Shown here: piece by piece, positions 1 to 9,459 of the stretch
How positions within the stretch are numbered: position 1 is the stretch's first letter
How the letters are laid out: each line of letters starts with the position of its first letter
Assembly (NCBI GenBank): GCA_964591855.1
Contig: CAZQAZ010000002.1
Location: forward strand, 1 to 34,850
Direction: 5' to 3'
From: Candidatus Woesearchaeota archaeon
GTDB lineage: Archaea > Nanobdellota > Nanobdellia > CAZCWL01 > CAZQAZ01
Length of the DNA: 34,850 nucleotides
Notes under the pieces: generated by a model
Seen by the model: only the letters and a program-made list of their open reading frames with translations
Database searches by the model: none
What the model was told of the DNA's origin: nothing
Program-made: the position numbers and the translations under genes

Positions 1-1041
1 TTTAGTGTTGGTGGCGAGAGAGGAGACATGATGAGGATGCTTAGGATCGTGAGGACTCTCCTCCACAGAAACCATGAAGTATTCATCCTTGCACCTGATT
101 TTAAAATAGGAAAGGGCTACAAGTTCTTTGTGGTGGGCAGGAAACTTATAGACAAAGTACTCATCACGATCCAGCTTTTGTTTTTGTACCCAATTGCATA
201 TGTTAAGTTCAAGCCAGATGTCATCTTGACCAGGACACCACTATTCTCACTTATAGCATCTTTCTTCAGGATGTTTAATAAGAAACCTCTGATTGTTGAC
301 TCGTTCATGCCTTACCCAAAAGATGTGATACATAAGAACCTGAGGTTAAGATTGCAGTATATACCCTACAAAATGAGTGTGAATCACATCGATTTATTTA
401 CAGTTGAGAACAAGGTGTTTTACAGGTACGTTGTTGAGAATGGTGCACCAGAACATAAAGTCTTCATACTTCCACCAGGCATATCTTTGAGCCCGACTCC
501 ACCCGTGTTCAATAAAAGGTTGATATATGTCTCTTTCTTCTATAAGAATGATAAGTTTGAGATGTTCCTTAAGAAGCTTGCCGATGTGAAAAAAGTTGTG
601 CCTGATTTTAGGTTGGACATCTACGGGTATGGTCCAGAAGAGTTGAAATATAAACAGATAGTTAAGAGTCTTGGTTTGAGCAAGAATGTGAAATTCTTGG
701 GGAGAGTAAGTAATGAGAAGATTAGAAGGAAGATACCAGAGTATCACGCCTGCCTTCTGATGGACACAGCAGGTCAGAAAGCATATGAGTACTTATCTTA
801 CGGTAAGCCAATACTTGCAATCAAGTCCAACTTTACAGAGTGTGTTTTGGATGGAGCAGCATTATTAGCGAAAGACGTAGATGAACACGTAAAGAATGTT
901 AGAACTATATTATTGAGTAAGAGATTAACAAAGTTGTACGCCTCTAAGTCAAAGCAACTTGCTAAGGAGAGGTATGAAATTGGTTATGTATCTGAGAAAT
1001 TTGATAGAGCTCTCCGCAATATAATCTCTAAGACCAATTAA
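1..1041 (+). CDS. Glycosyltransferase family 4 (GT-B fold), probably 5'-partial
   Basis: Frame is open from base 1 (FSVGGERGDMM...). GT4-like C-terminal elements IYGYGPE, VKFLGRVS and a degenerate KAYEYLSYGKPILA (E-x-x-x-x-G-x-P) motif. Confidence 0.75.
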   Translation, partial: FSVGGERGDMMRMLRIVRTLLHRNHEVFILAPDFKIGKGYKFFVVGRKLIDKVLITIQLLFLYPIAYVKFKPDVILTRTPLFSLIASFFRMFNKKPLIVDSFMPYPKDVIHKNLRLRLQYIPYKMSVNHIDLFTVENKVFYRYVVENGAPEHKVFILPPGISLSPTPPVFNKRLIYVSFFYKNDKFEMFLKKLADVKKVVPDFRLDIYGYGPEELKYKQIVKSLGLSKNVKFLGRVSNEKIRRKIPEYHACLLMDTAGQKAYEYLSYGKPILAIKSNFTECVLDGAALLAKDVDEHVKNVRTILLSKRLTKLYASKSKQLAKERYEIGYVSEKFDRALRNIISKTN

Positions 1042-1900
1042 GAAATATGGATGCGCTGTGAACTAAAAACTTAAGATTGGCAAGAAATGCGAGCTTAAAC
1101 AGCCTTGTTCCTTTTATGTACTTTGAGAACTTTAAAGAATAGTATACTGTTGGTGAAAAAACAGCTATGAGAAGAGAAGGCTTGAATATTGATCCAGTAG
1201 CCATTAGCAAATAAAGGCCTCTTATGAAAATTGCTTTGTAAAACAAATTGGGGTACTTAAGGAATAAGTATCTGTAACCCTTAGCGTATTTCCACCACTT
1301 CTTAAAAGCTTTAAGCATTCCGTAAGGATAAAGATGAATCACATAGGCTTTGGGATTCCTGTAAATTCTAAATCCTTTTTTTCTAGCCCTGAGGCAGAAG
1401 TCTATGTCTTCACTTATGACGTTCCTAAATAAGCCTACTTTCTTAAAGACTTCATCTTTTATTGCAACGCAAGCGGTGGCAGAGGTATTAACATAACCTT
1501 CTGCAGATGTTTGTAGTTCCCAATTCAACCCAAAAACAACAGCTACGTCATCCTTCTTATTAATTCTTATACTACCAACAACAAACTTCTCATAATTCTC
1601 AGTCATAGGTCTTATTAACTCTTCTAGTGTTCTCTTTCCAGCAACACAGTCGGAATCTATGAATACAATGACTTCTCCTTTAGCAGCTTTTACTCCGAGG
1701 TTTCTTGCTTGTGCTATGTTAGATTTCTTTTGGATTATCTTGCAGTTATACTTTTTAGCGATAGATACTGTGTTGTCTTTGGAGAAAGAGTCTACCACTA
1801 TAATTTCACTTGGCTTGAGGGTTTGAGATCTTAACGACTTTAGGCACTTCTCTAAAGTTTTTCCGGAATTAAAAGTCGGAATCACAACTGAAACTTTCAT
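1028..1900 (-). CDS. Glycosyltransferase family 2 (GT-A) with C-terminal membrane segments
   Basis: MKVSVVIPTFN start, IIVVDSFSKDNT, ARNLG, FIDSD (DxD) and SEDIDF motifs; hydrophobic C-terminus. Confidence 0.92.
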   Translation of the reverse strand: MKVSVVIPTFNSGKTLEKCLKSLRSQTLKPSEIIVVDSFSKDNTVSIAKKYNCKIIQKKSNIAQARNLGVKAAKGEVIVFIDSDCVAGKRTLEELIRPMTENYEKFVVGSIRINKKDDVAVVFGLNWELQTSAEGYVNTSATACVAIKDEVFKKVGLFRNVISEDIDFCLRARKKGFRIYRNPKAYVIHLYPYGMLKAFKKWWKYAKGYRYLFLKYPNLFYKAIFIRGLYLLMATGSIFKPSLLIAVFSPTVYYSLKFSKYIKGTRLFKLAFLANLKFLVHSASIFLNWS

Positions 1901-1924
1901 TTTATTTTATTTGATTCGATATGA

Positions 1925-1934
1925 TTATAAATAT
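1925..1934. promoter_or_regulatory. Probable shared TATA box of the divergent GT2/GT4 genes
   Basis: TTATAAATAT in a 52-bp divergent intergenic, about 20-30 nt from both ATGs (1900 and 1953). Confidence 0.5.
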
Positions 1935-1952
1935 CTTTTGTTGTGAAGGTTT

Positions 1953-3059
1953 ATGGATGTATTGATACTTGGGTCGAAAGAGTATCCTGTTGGGATTAAT
2001 AAAGGCTATGATCTCCCATCTGGGGGTATGGAGGTATACGTTGAGAATCTAGTAAAGCATCTTAGGAAGTACTTCAAGATAAAGATCATCTCAGCATGGT
2101 TTCCAGGTTCTAAGAAGTATGAGAAGGAAGGGAATGTTGAGATGTACAGAATTAAAAGAATACCTGGGAAGATAATAAGAGGGTTAACTTTCCCTATGTT
2201 CTCTTTTTTCAAAGCTATTCCTATGAGATTTGATATTGTGATAGCTAATGGTCCTGTAACAACTTTCTTTGCTTACGTATTGGCTAGACTAAAGGGAAAG
2301 AGAATTATAGCTATTCCCCACGGCATAGCTAGCAGTCAAAAGGAACACCCTTTGATCGTTAGGCTCTTGGTTAAGTACCTAGCAGAGAAGTTTGCTTACA
2401 AGAGAGTAGACGCCTTAGTATTCCTATCAAAATCTGAGATGAAAGACTACATCAAAAGATTTGGCAGACCAAAAAACCCAGTAGTTATAGAACAGGGTAT
2501 AGACCTTAGTAAGTTCAAGTTGAAAAGAAGGAAAAAAGGAAAGGAAAAGGTGATACTATTTGTTGGGAGATTAGTTAGAGTTAAGGGTGTAGAATACCTA
2601 ATACGTTCTTTGAAGTATCTCGATGTTCCATATGTTTGCTATATTGTTGGGGATGGGCCAGAGAGGAAGATGCTAGAGAAACTTGCAAAGGACTTAAATG
2701 TGAATGTTAAGTTTTTTGGGTTTAGAACCGATGTCGAGAGATTCTTATCCGAAGCTGACGTTTTTGTCTTACCTTCCTTGTCTGAAGGTTTTCCAATAAC
2801 AGTCTTAGAAGCCATGGCTGCAAGAGTACCTGTAGTGATAACAAAACTAAACTTGCCACTCACAGACAAGGAAGTTATGTTCGTAAGAAAGAAAGATCCA
2901 AGAGACATAGCAAGAGGGATAAGAAAAGTTCTAATTAACAAAGGCTTGAGGCAAAGGCTAGTAAAGAACGCATACAACTTCGCTAAGAAACATTCTTTTG
3001 AGAGTGTGGCATTAAAATACAGAGAGCTTATAGAAAAGCTATCAAAAGAGCAGCGTTAA
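1953..3059 (+). CDS. Glycosyltransferase family 4
   Basis: SGGMEVYV, LFVGRLVRVKG, VGDGPE and DVFVLPSLSEGFPITVLEAMA canonical GT4 motifs. Confidence 0.93.
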   Translation: MDVLILGSKEYPVGINKGYDLPSGGMEVYVENLVKHLRKYFKIKIISAWFPGSKKYEKEGNVEMYRIKRIPGKIIRGLTFPMFSFFKAIPMRFDIVIANGPVTTFFAYVLARLKGKRIIAIPHGIASSQKEHPLIVRLLVKYLAEKFAYKRVDALVFLSKSEMKDYIKRFGRPKNPVVIEQGIDLSKFKLKRRKKGKEKVILFVGRLVRVKGVEYLIRSLKYLDVPYVCYIVGDGPERKMLEKLAKDLNVNVKFFGFRTDVERFLSEADVFVLPSLSEGFPITVLEAMAARVPVVITKLNLPLTDKEVMFVRKKDPRDIARGIRKVLINKGLRQRLVKNAYNFAKKHSFESVALKYRELIEKLSKEQR

Positions 3060-4011
3060 GTAAGATTTGGGTTAGAAAGATCACTCTTGTTGCTTGCTTT
3101 TCGTTGAGCTTAAAGAAGTAAGGAAATACCCAGTACACTGTATAGGGATTGTGGGGTTTTATGTATCCTTCTTTTGAAACAGAGGCAAACTTGTAGTATT
3201 TCATACCCTTAAACTTCACTTTGTAGACCATAAATAAGAATAAAAGGAAGTTTATCCCATACAAAGTTAACATTAGAATGCCAAGCTTTTCTATGTTTGC
3301 TAGCACTATTATTGTAGCAAGCATAGCACCTATTGAGTATGTCCCAACATCGCCTGGAAATACTTTAGCAGGATACTTATTCCACATATAGAATCCAGCA
3401 AGTACAGCTATACCTAAAATAGATAACACAATACCTATCGGTCTACTAAACAAGTAACTTATCAATGCGAGATATGACAAGTTGATGATTCCAAGCCCAG
3501 CTTCTAATCCATTGTACCCCGCAAGCATGTTTGTAGCATTTGTGGAGAATATGAACAGTAGTGGAATGAATGCAAGGTAGTAAAGAAAACCAAGATTAAC
3601 CTCACCAATGATTGGAAACACCATCTTTGTAACTCCAACTTGACTTGCCATTAGTGGAAGGGCTGCTATTATTGGGAGTACAATACTGTCTAACCAACTT
3701 AACTTAAGCACATCATCAACCAATGCTATTAAACCCATAGCGCTTATTGATGATGCAGCTACTAGTATATACATGAGTTCTGCCTTGACATTGAAAACAT
3801 GTGCTAGAGCAAGGAGAAGGAACAAAGAAACTATAAAGGATAGTACGAATCCAACACCTCCAAAGGTTGGAACTTTAACTTTCTTTGTCTTGTGGACGTC
3901 AATACCTGTGTAACCTCTCTTTAGCATCTTCTCCATAAAAACTTTAGTTGAGAAGTAAGACAAAATGAAGGATATCGGTGAGACAAGCAATGCCACTTGA
4001 ACGATGTTCAT
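3028..4011 (-). CDS. aglH: UDP-GlcNAc:dolichyl-phosphate GlcNAc-1-phosphotransferase (AglH/Alg7/MraY-like)
   Basis: Polytopic membrane protein with GIDVHK, VPTFGG, LVDD, NATNMLAGYNGLEAG and VFPGDVGT motifs; ATGA overlap with aglB. Confidence 0.85.
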   Translation of the reverse strand: MNIVQVALLVSPISFILSYFSTKVFMEKMLKRGYTGIDVHKTKKVKVPTFGGVGFVLSFIVSLFLLLALAHVFNVKAELMYILVAASSISAMGLIALVDDVLKLSWLDSIVLPIIAALPLMASQVGVTKMVFPIIGEVNLGFLYYLAFIPLLFIFSTNATNMLAGYNGLEAGLGIINLSYLALISYLFSRPIGIVLSILGIAVLAGFYMWNKYPAKVFPGDVGTYSIGAMLATIIVLANIEKLGILMLTLYGINFLLFLFMVYKVKFKGMKYYKFASVSKEGYIKPHNPYTVYWVFPYFFKLNEKQATRVIFLTQILLNAALLIAFL

Positions 4012-6512
4012 CCTAACACCCCTCTTAACATGTCAAACTCTCCACATCCCTTCTTGACATCACATGGGTCAACTATGTATGTGTAGTTGTCATAGTTAAT
4101 CTTCCAAATTCTTAGAGTAGTAATTCCCCCATGTTGTATGCTAAGGTAAGATAATGGAACTCCATTATCATAAACCTTCTCAAAGTGAGGAACCTCTTCA
4201 TCGACTATAAATAGTTTTGTGAACAACATGTCTTTTGCCATATCTGGTATGAATATTATCCCTGGTGGAGACCTTACATTGTAACCATAATCGACACTTG
4301 GGAGGAACATATAACACCCAGGTATACCATCCTCTCTTATGTCATAACATCCTTTTCCTTGGACACAAACACAATTAAATGGAAGGAAGTCATAAGTTTT
4401 TAATTTGGTGTTGTAAAGTACACCAATAGGTTCACCTGTTTTGTTCTCCGATGTAGGAACAAGTATTTGAGCAAGAAGTGTGTACTCCTTTGGCCAGAAT
4501 ACTCCTTTGATCTCCAAGTCTTTTGTTATCACACCAGGTTGACCGTTGAATACAAGCATGTCTGGATATTCTGAAGCATTTGTTACTTGATTCCTTGTTT
4601 TTTGAGCTAAGCCATACAATGAGTAGTATATGGACTTGCCTGGAGCATAGTCTCTGTATCCTATTCTTGCCATCTGATAAAACTTCAGTATATCATCGTC
4701 CACAATAACTAAGTAGTCTGGCCTGTGGTAGTAGTTCAAAGCATTCATCCACTGGGTTTCGTTTGTACCAGTCATTATAAACCTTGCATTTATGTTGTTC
4801 CATCTGGCCATAGCATTTCCACCATCAAATACTGTTGTTCTGTTCCATAATGCCTGCACCCAATATCCATAATCCCACCAGTGTGTGAAGACTGCATCTT
4901 TCGGGGTGTTGGCTTGTATCCATGGTGTGACTTGATCCCATTGAAGTTCTTGATAAGGTCCATATCTTTGCTTGTAGGAAGTGTTAGCAAAGACTGCTAT
5001 GAGAATGATAATTAGCACATAAGGAAGTAAGTAGTAAACTTTGTCTTTAATCTCTCTTTTCTTTGTTTCCTCAATTATGATATCTGAGGTTCTAACTATT
5101 GCATATGCACAAAGTATGGAGAAAGGCATTATAGCTTGCCATATAAGTCTTATAGCGCCTCTTCCTGCTATGAGGCTTATTATGAACCATATGAGAATGA
5201 GGAGCTCAGGTTCTTTGAGCTTCTTCTTTGTGAACTCGGAGTAGCTATCAAAGTAAACAAATAAGATTATCGCACCCGCAAGAGCTAGGGGTATGATGTA
5301 ATACTGAGACATAACAAGTGACAAGAATAAAAGCAATGCGACGATCCAACCAACCCACACCAACTTCTTGTTTACGTCTTTTAGGATTTTATTAATAAGC
5401 AGACCAGAACCTATTATTGCTAGGACGAAGACAAGGTTTAGGCTTGACCACCAGGACTTAAGCGAAGGTCTTTGATTCTCAGAGACAGATGTAGCTAACC
5501 TACTCCCACCCATAGGAGAGGTTATCCTATACACTAATGATTTAATTAGTGAGGACATAAGTGAGAAGTTAACAATACTTGCTACGAGAAGAAGGAGAAT
5601 TGCACTTATTGCGAAGTAAATAAGACCTTCGTATTTATACTTCTTAATCAGAGGTTCAAACTTGCTTGAGAACTTGTACCTCAAAAAGAAGGAAGCGGTG
5701 TAGATAGCATAAGCTCCAAGAAAAGTTTGGAACATCAAATCACTAGTAGTGGAGTGCAAGCTGTAACTTGTAGACCCAACCATGGCTATTGGAATCATTA
5801 TTAAGAGAGAAGAGAGTTTCAACCAAGTTTCTTTGTCTATCTTACCAAGCAAGTTAAGCACAGCAATAAGACCAGCCAAACTTGCGATTATGAATATCGC
5901 ACCCCTCCAGTTAAGTAGTAATGCCCCAAGAGTGACGCCGCTAAGTAGACTCCAAACATAACCTCTTTTGTCTTTTGTTTTAAAGGCCTTGGTTAGGAAT
6001 AGTAGAGCTAGTGGGAATAAGAAGAATGCAAGAGGTTCTTTATCCGCGTAGCCAACTGTGGTTCTAAATATGAAGCCAGGAACTGTAGCTAAGAGGGCAG
6101 CAGTTATCAGTCCAACCTTTCTGTTAAAAACTTCTTTTCCAAGGAAGTAGAAAGCTACTATACCAAGTAAAGTTGCTATAGCTGGATACCATATAAACAC
6201 AGTTATAAGCTTCCAACCAAAAACTTTTAACATCGAAAATAAAACAGCATTAAAGTAAGTGTGCATTAACAGTTCTCTCATTGGAACGTAGCCGACAGGA
6301 TAATACCTCATTGTATCCAATGGCCTTACGTATCCATTTCCCACGACATCTTGTGCATATCTATAGAATGGATAAGGATCTAAAGCCATTAAATACTTGT
6401 CTTTGAAGTTTGGAACACTTTGTATTCTTATGAAAAAACCAAGAAAGGCAATACCAATTACAAGTAAAATAAGGATAAGCTCTTTGTTCTCCTTCAAGGG
6501 CTTAACATTCAT
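4008..6512 (-). CDS. aglB: Oligosaccharyltransferase AglB (STT3)
   Basis: About 13 TM helices; ALDPY, GYADKE, SVSENQ, WWDYG and DILK (DxxK) motifs. Start placed at ATG 6512 (MNVKPLK), just after the upstream stop at 6517. Confidence 0.96.
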   Translation of the reverse strand: MNVKPLKENKELILILLVIGIAFLGFFIRIQSVPNFKDKYLMALDPYPFYRYAQDVVGNGYVRPLDTMRYYPVGYVPMRELLMHTYFNAVLFSMLKVFGWKLITVFIWYPAIATLLGIVAFYFLGKEVFNRKVGLITAALLATVPGFIFRTTVGYADKEPLAFFLFPLALLFLTKAFKTKDKRGYVWSLLSGVTLGALLLNWRGAIFIIASLAGLIAVLNLLGKIDKETWLKLSSLLIMIPIAMVGSTSYSLHSTTSDLMFQTFLGAYAIYTASFFLRYKFSSKFEPLIKKYKYEGLIYFAISAILLLLVASIVNFSLMSSLIKSLVYRITSPMGGSRLATSVSENQRPSLKSWWSSLNLVFVLAIIGSGLLINKILKDVNKKLVWVGWIVALLLFLSLVMSQYYIIPLALAGAIILFVYFDSYSEFTKKKLKEPELLILIWFIISLIAGRGAIRLIWQAIMPFSILCAYAIVRTSDIIIEETKKREIKDKVYYLLPYVLIIILIAVFANTSYKQRYGPYQELQWDQVTPWIQANTPKDAVFTHWWDYGYWVQALWNRTTVFDGGNAMARWNNINARFIMTGTNETQWMNALNYYHRPDYLVIVDDDILKFYQMARIGYRDYAPGKSIYYSLYGLAQKTRNQVTNASEYPDMLVFNGQPGVITKDLEIKGVFWPKEYTLLAQILVPTSENKTGEPIGVLYNTKLKTYDFLPFNCVCVQGKGCYDIREDGIPGCYMFLPSVDYGYNVRSPPGIIFIPDMAKDMLFTKLFIVDEEVPHFEKVYDNGVPLSYLSIQHGGITTLRIWKINYDNYTYIVDPCDVKKGCGEFDMLRGVLG

Positions 6513-6516
6513 AGCA

Positions 6517-7377
6517 TTATATAATAAGAGGTGATATATAAACTTCAAGTATAGCCGCTATTACAAGAATTATGAGGGAAAAAACTATAAGGTTAAGGCT
6601 TGTAATAAGGAGTCTAACAAATTCTTTGCTCCTTATTGGAAATCTTATGACACCTATGGATATAAACACACCTGCAAATATTGCAACAAGGTAAGAGATT
6701 AGTTCTGGGATACCATGAAGCAAGTACCTTGCAAAAGCTTTGGTGGCGGCTTTTGCACTTGATCCATACCTGTACACATTTTTGATAAGGAGCTCACCAA
6801 TGGCTACGGCAATGACAGAAGTGTTCCAAGTAAGAACAAATATGGCTCCTGCCCCAAAAAGAAAAGACAACACAAATGAAAACAAGAGAACTTTAACATT
6901 GTTAAGCAGTATTATACTAAACACATCTTCGCCAACTGCACTTCCGGTAGCTTGTCCTGTCACACCCATGACATGCTGGTTAACTGCAATTATGGTTTGT
7001 TTTTGGACGTTGAACAAGGCATTTGCAATGTTCTCGGGTAGGAATACGTACCAAGCTGTGAAGACAATAATGAACACAATGAAAAGTATGGAGAACAAAG
7101 ATATGAGCCTTGGATGTAACTGCTCCTTGATGACGCTTATGAAGTTAAGTCTTCTCTTTGGGGTTCTGGTCACAAATACATCCTGTTCTAGCACTACGAA
7201 TCTATGTAGGAGGGGCATACATAGAATCGTAGCAAGGAATATCATGGAGATGTCAGCTTCTGATGGGAAGATGAGATATGCTGTTACCAATGCGAAGGAA
7301 GAATAAATCACTCCAAGAATGATTATCTTCCAAGGTTTCTTTTCTATCTCTTCTGCACTTATAAGTCTCTCTAACAT
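6517..7377 (-). CDS. SpoIIM/DUF95-like integral membrane protein
   Basis: Multiple TM segments; IILLNNVKV and LLHGIPELISY (HG-x-x-E) motifs typical of the family. Confidence 0.75.
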   Translation of the reverse strand: MLERLISAEEIEKKPWKIIILGVIYSSFALVTAYLIFPSEADISMIFLATILCMPLLHRFVVLEQDVFVTRTPKRRLNFISVIKEQLHPRLISLFSILFIVFIIVFTAWYVFLPENIANALFNVQKQTIIAVNQHVMGVTGQATGSAVGEDVFSIILLNNVKVLLFSFVLSFLFGAGAIFVLTWNTSVIAVAIGELLIKNVYRYGSSAKAATKAFARYLLHGIPELISYLVAIFAGVFISIGVIRFPIRSKEFVRLLITSLNLIVFSLIILVIAAILEVYISPLII

Positions 7378-8423
7378 TTTGGATTTAGCACCCTTGTTCT
7401 TCCTCTTTGACCTTTATTTAGCTCTTTAGCTTCAATAAGATTTAACTGTATAAGGTGGTTAATATACTTTCTGTAAGATCTCTCGCCTAGTTTACCACCA
7501 TTCTTCTTATAGTATTTGAATATCTCACCAGAAGTCTTTCCAGGATTTTTCTTAATGCACTCCAAAATGAATTTCTCCTCAGGGTTTGTTATCTTCTTGG
7601 TGTCGACATCAAAACTTTCCTTCATTTTGTCTATAGCTTCCTTGACGTCCTCTACTTTTATCTTTAGCCTTTGTTTGTTTTCTGCTATCCTTCCAGCTGT
7701 AAGTATTAGGAATAGGCCTTTCCTTATGTCTTCGCTTTTGTAGCAGGCATCCACAATTAAGTTAAAAGCTTTCTCATCTATTGCTCCTGGTTTTAGACCT
7801 ATTTTAATCCTCTCCCTAAGAATCTCTTCCACTTGGTCCTTTGTGTATGGGTTGAATTCAAGGTGGAGCAACCCAAGTCTTGATTTGATTCTCTCTTCCA
7901 AATCCAATAGGAATTCCTTATGATTTGTTATTAGTACTATTGCTATTTTCTTCCCAAAGAATTCTGTTAGTTGATAAAGAATGTCTTGCTCTTCTAGTTT
8001 GTCAACCTCGTCCAAAGCTACTGCTACGCCTTTTACATTCTTTATCTTGTTTCTCATGACACTTATTAGCTCATCTTTTGATACACCTTTTCTAGGGATG
8101 GGTATGCCTATGTCTATGGCAACTTTTTGTAGTATTGAGAAAGATGAGGAATGCTCCCAGCAGTTTATAAACGAAGTTTTTATTGGAGTATTCTCTTCGA
8201 CCTGCCTAAAAACGAATCTTACACACGCTGTTTTTCCAACACCTCTTGGTCCAGATATGAATAGATTAGAAGGAGTCCTGTTATGGACTAATGGTTTTAT
8301 TGTCAATGAGATCTCTTCTATTTCAGTTTCTCTACCAGGAAGTTTCTCTGGTAAGAATTCGTAGTTGAAGACGTCTTCGTTTCTAAACAGCGTTTCATAC
8401 TCTTCAAGGAATTTCATATACAT
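7371..8423 (-). CDS. cdc6: Cdc6/Orc1 family AAA+ ATPase with C-terminal winged helix
   Basis: LPGRETEI, Walker A GPRGVGKT, INC, Walker B ALDEVD, RIKSRL, FNPYT and C-terminal GQRGRTR wing. The start may be 8417. Confidence 0.93.
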   Translation of the reverse strand: MYMKFLEEYETLFRNEDVFNYEFLPEKLPGRETEIEEISLTIKPLVHNRTPSNLFISGPRGVGKTACVRFVFRQVEENTPIKTSFINCWEHSSSFSILQKVAIDIGIPIPRKGVSKDELISVMRNKIKNVKGVAVALDEVDKLEEQDILYQLTEFFGKKIAIVLITNHKEFLLDLEERIKSRLGLLHLEFNPYTKDQVEEILRERIKIGLKPGAIDEKAFNLIVDACYKSEDIRKGLFLILTAGRIAENKQRLKIKVEDVKEAIDKMKESFDVDTKKITNPEEKFILECIKKNPGKTSGEIFKYYKKNGGKLGERSYRKYINHLIQLNLIEAKELNKGQRGRTRVLNPKC

Positions 8424-8434
8424 AATAACATATC

Positions 8435-8445
8435 TTTATTAATAA
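8435..8445. promoter_or_regulatory. Bidirectional TATA-like element between cdc6 and fen1
   Basis: TTTATTAATAA (self-complementary core TTATTAATAA) in a 40-bp divergent gap. Confidence 0.5.
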
Positions 8446-8463
8446 TGCTTTCCTTGTAGAATT

Positions 8464-9459
8464 ATGGGAGTGAACTTAAAGCCTCTGTTTGAGTCAGAGT
8501 TCGTAGAGCCTAGCCATTTCAAGGGAAAAATAATAGCCGTGGATGCTCTTAACTGGATCTTTCAGTTCATTTCTACCATAAGACAAAGAGATGGAACTCT
8601 TCTTATGGACTCTAAGGGAAGAGTCACATCGCACTTATCGGGGTTGTTCTATAGAAATGCATCTTTAATAAAGAATGGAATAAAGCCTGTTTATGTATTT
8701 GATGGAGAACCTCCTGAATTTAAAAAGAGTACTCAAGAGAAAAGAAGGGAGGAGAAGGAGAAATATCTTAAGGAGTATAAAGAAGCCTTGAAGAAAGGAG
8801 ATATAGAGAGAGCATTCTCTCTATCAACAAGAACAGCTTTTGTCGACGAAGAAGTTTTAAACACGTCTAAAGAGATACTAAACCTCATGGGTATACCCGT
8901 CGTTCAAGCTCCATCCGAGGGAGAAGCCCAGTGTTCTTACATGAACAGGGAGGGTGTAGTTGACTACGTCGCGTCTCAGGATTATGATTCTATTCTCTTT
9001 GGGACTAAGATGTTGGTGAGAAACTTAAACATCACAGGTAAGAGAAAGCTGCCAAGGAGTAAGGAGTATGTTGTTGTCTTGCCAGAGGTGATAGATGTTG
9101 AAGCGAACTTGAATAGGTTGGGGATTGATAGGGATAAGCTTGTCTTAATTGGAATGTTGGTTGGGAATGATTATACAGAAGGTGTTAAAGGTGTAGGTCC
9201 AAAGACCGCTTTGAAAATTGTTAAAGACATGAAAGAGAATGAGATAATAAAAAAGTATAATCTTAATGAAGAGATAATAAATTGGTTTAAGCATCCAAAA
9301 GTTAAGGACGTAAAGATAGAGTTTAAGAAAGCAAATATCGAAAAGTTAAGAGAGTTCCTGTTGGATTACGAGTTCTCAGAGGAGAGAATACAAAAGACTT
9401 TATCTGAGATAGAGAAGGCACAAGGCAGTAGACAATCAAGCCTTAGCTCTTACTTCTAG
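8464..9459 (+). CDS. fen: Flap endonuclease 1
   Basis: MGV start, IAVDALN, TSHLSGLFYR, VFDG, QAPSEGEAQ, SQDYD, GNDY..GVKGVGPKTA (H3TH) and C-terminal PIP box QSSLSSYF. Confidence 0.97.
   Translation: MGVNLKPLFESEFVEPSHFKGKIIAVDALNWIFQFISTIRQRDGTLLMDSKGRVTSHLSGLFYRNASLIKNGIKPVYVFDGEPPEFKKSTQEKRREEKEKYLKEYKEALKKGDIERAFSLSTRTAFVDEEVLNTSKEILNLMGIPVVQAPSEGEAQCSYMNREGVVDYVASQDYDSILFGTKMLVRNLNITGKRKLPRSKEYVVVLPEVIDVEANLNRLGIDRDKLVLIGMLVGNDYTEGVKGVGPKTALKIVKDMKENEIIKKYNLNEEIINWFKHPKVKDVKIEFKKANIEKLREFLLDYEFSEERIQKTLSEIEKAQGSRQSSLSSYF

Noticed and set aside
8424-8463. Replication origin next to cdc6
   Set aside because: The gap is only 40 bp, with no ORB repeats or G-strings, and the other side of cdc6 overlaps the next gene.
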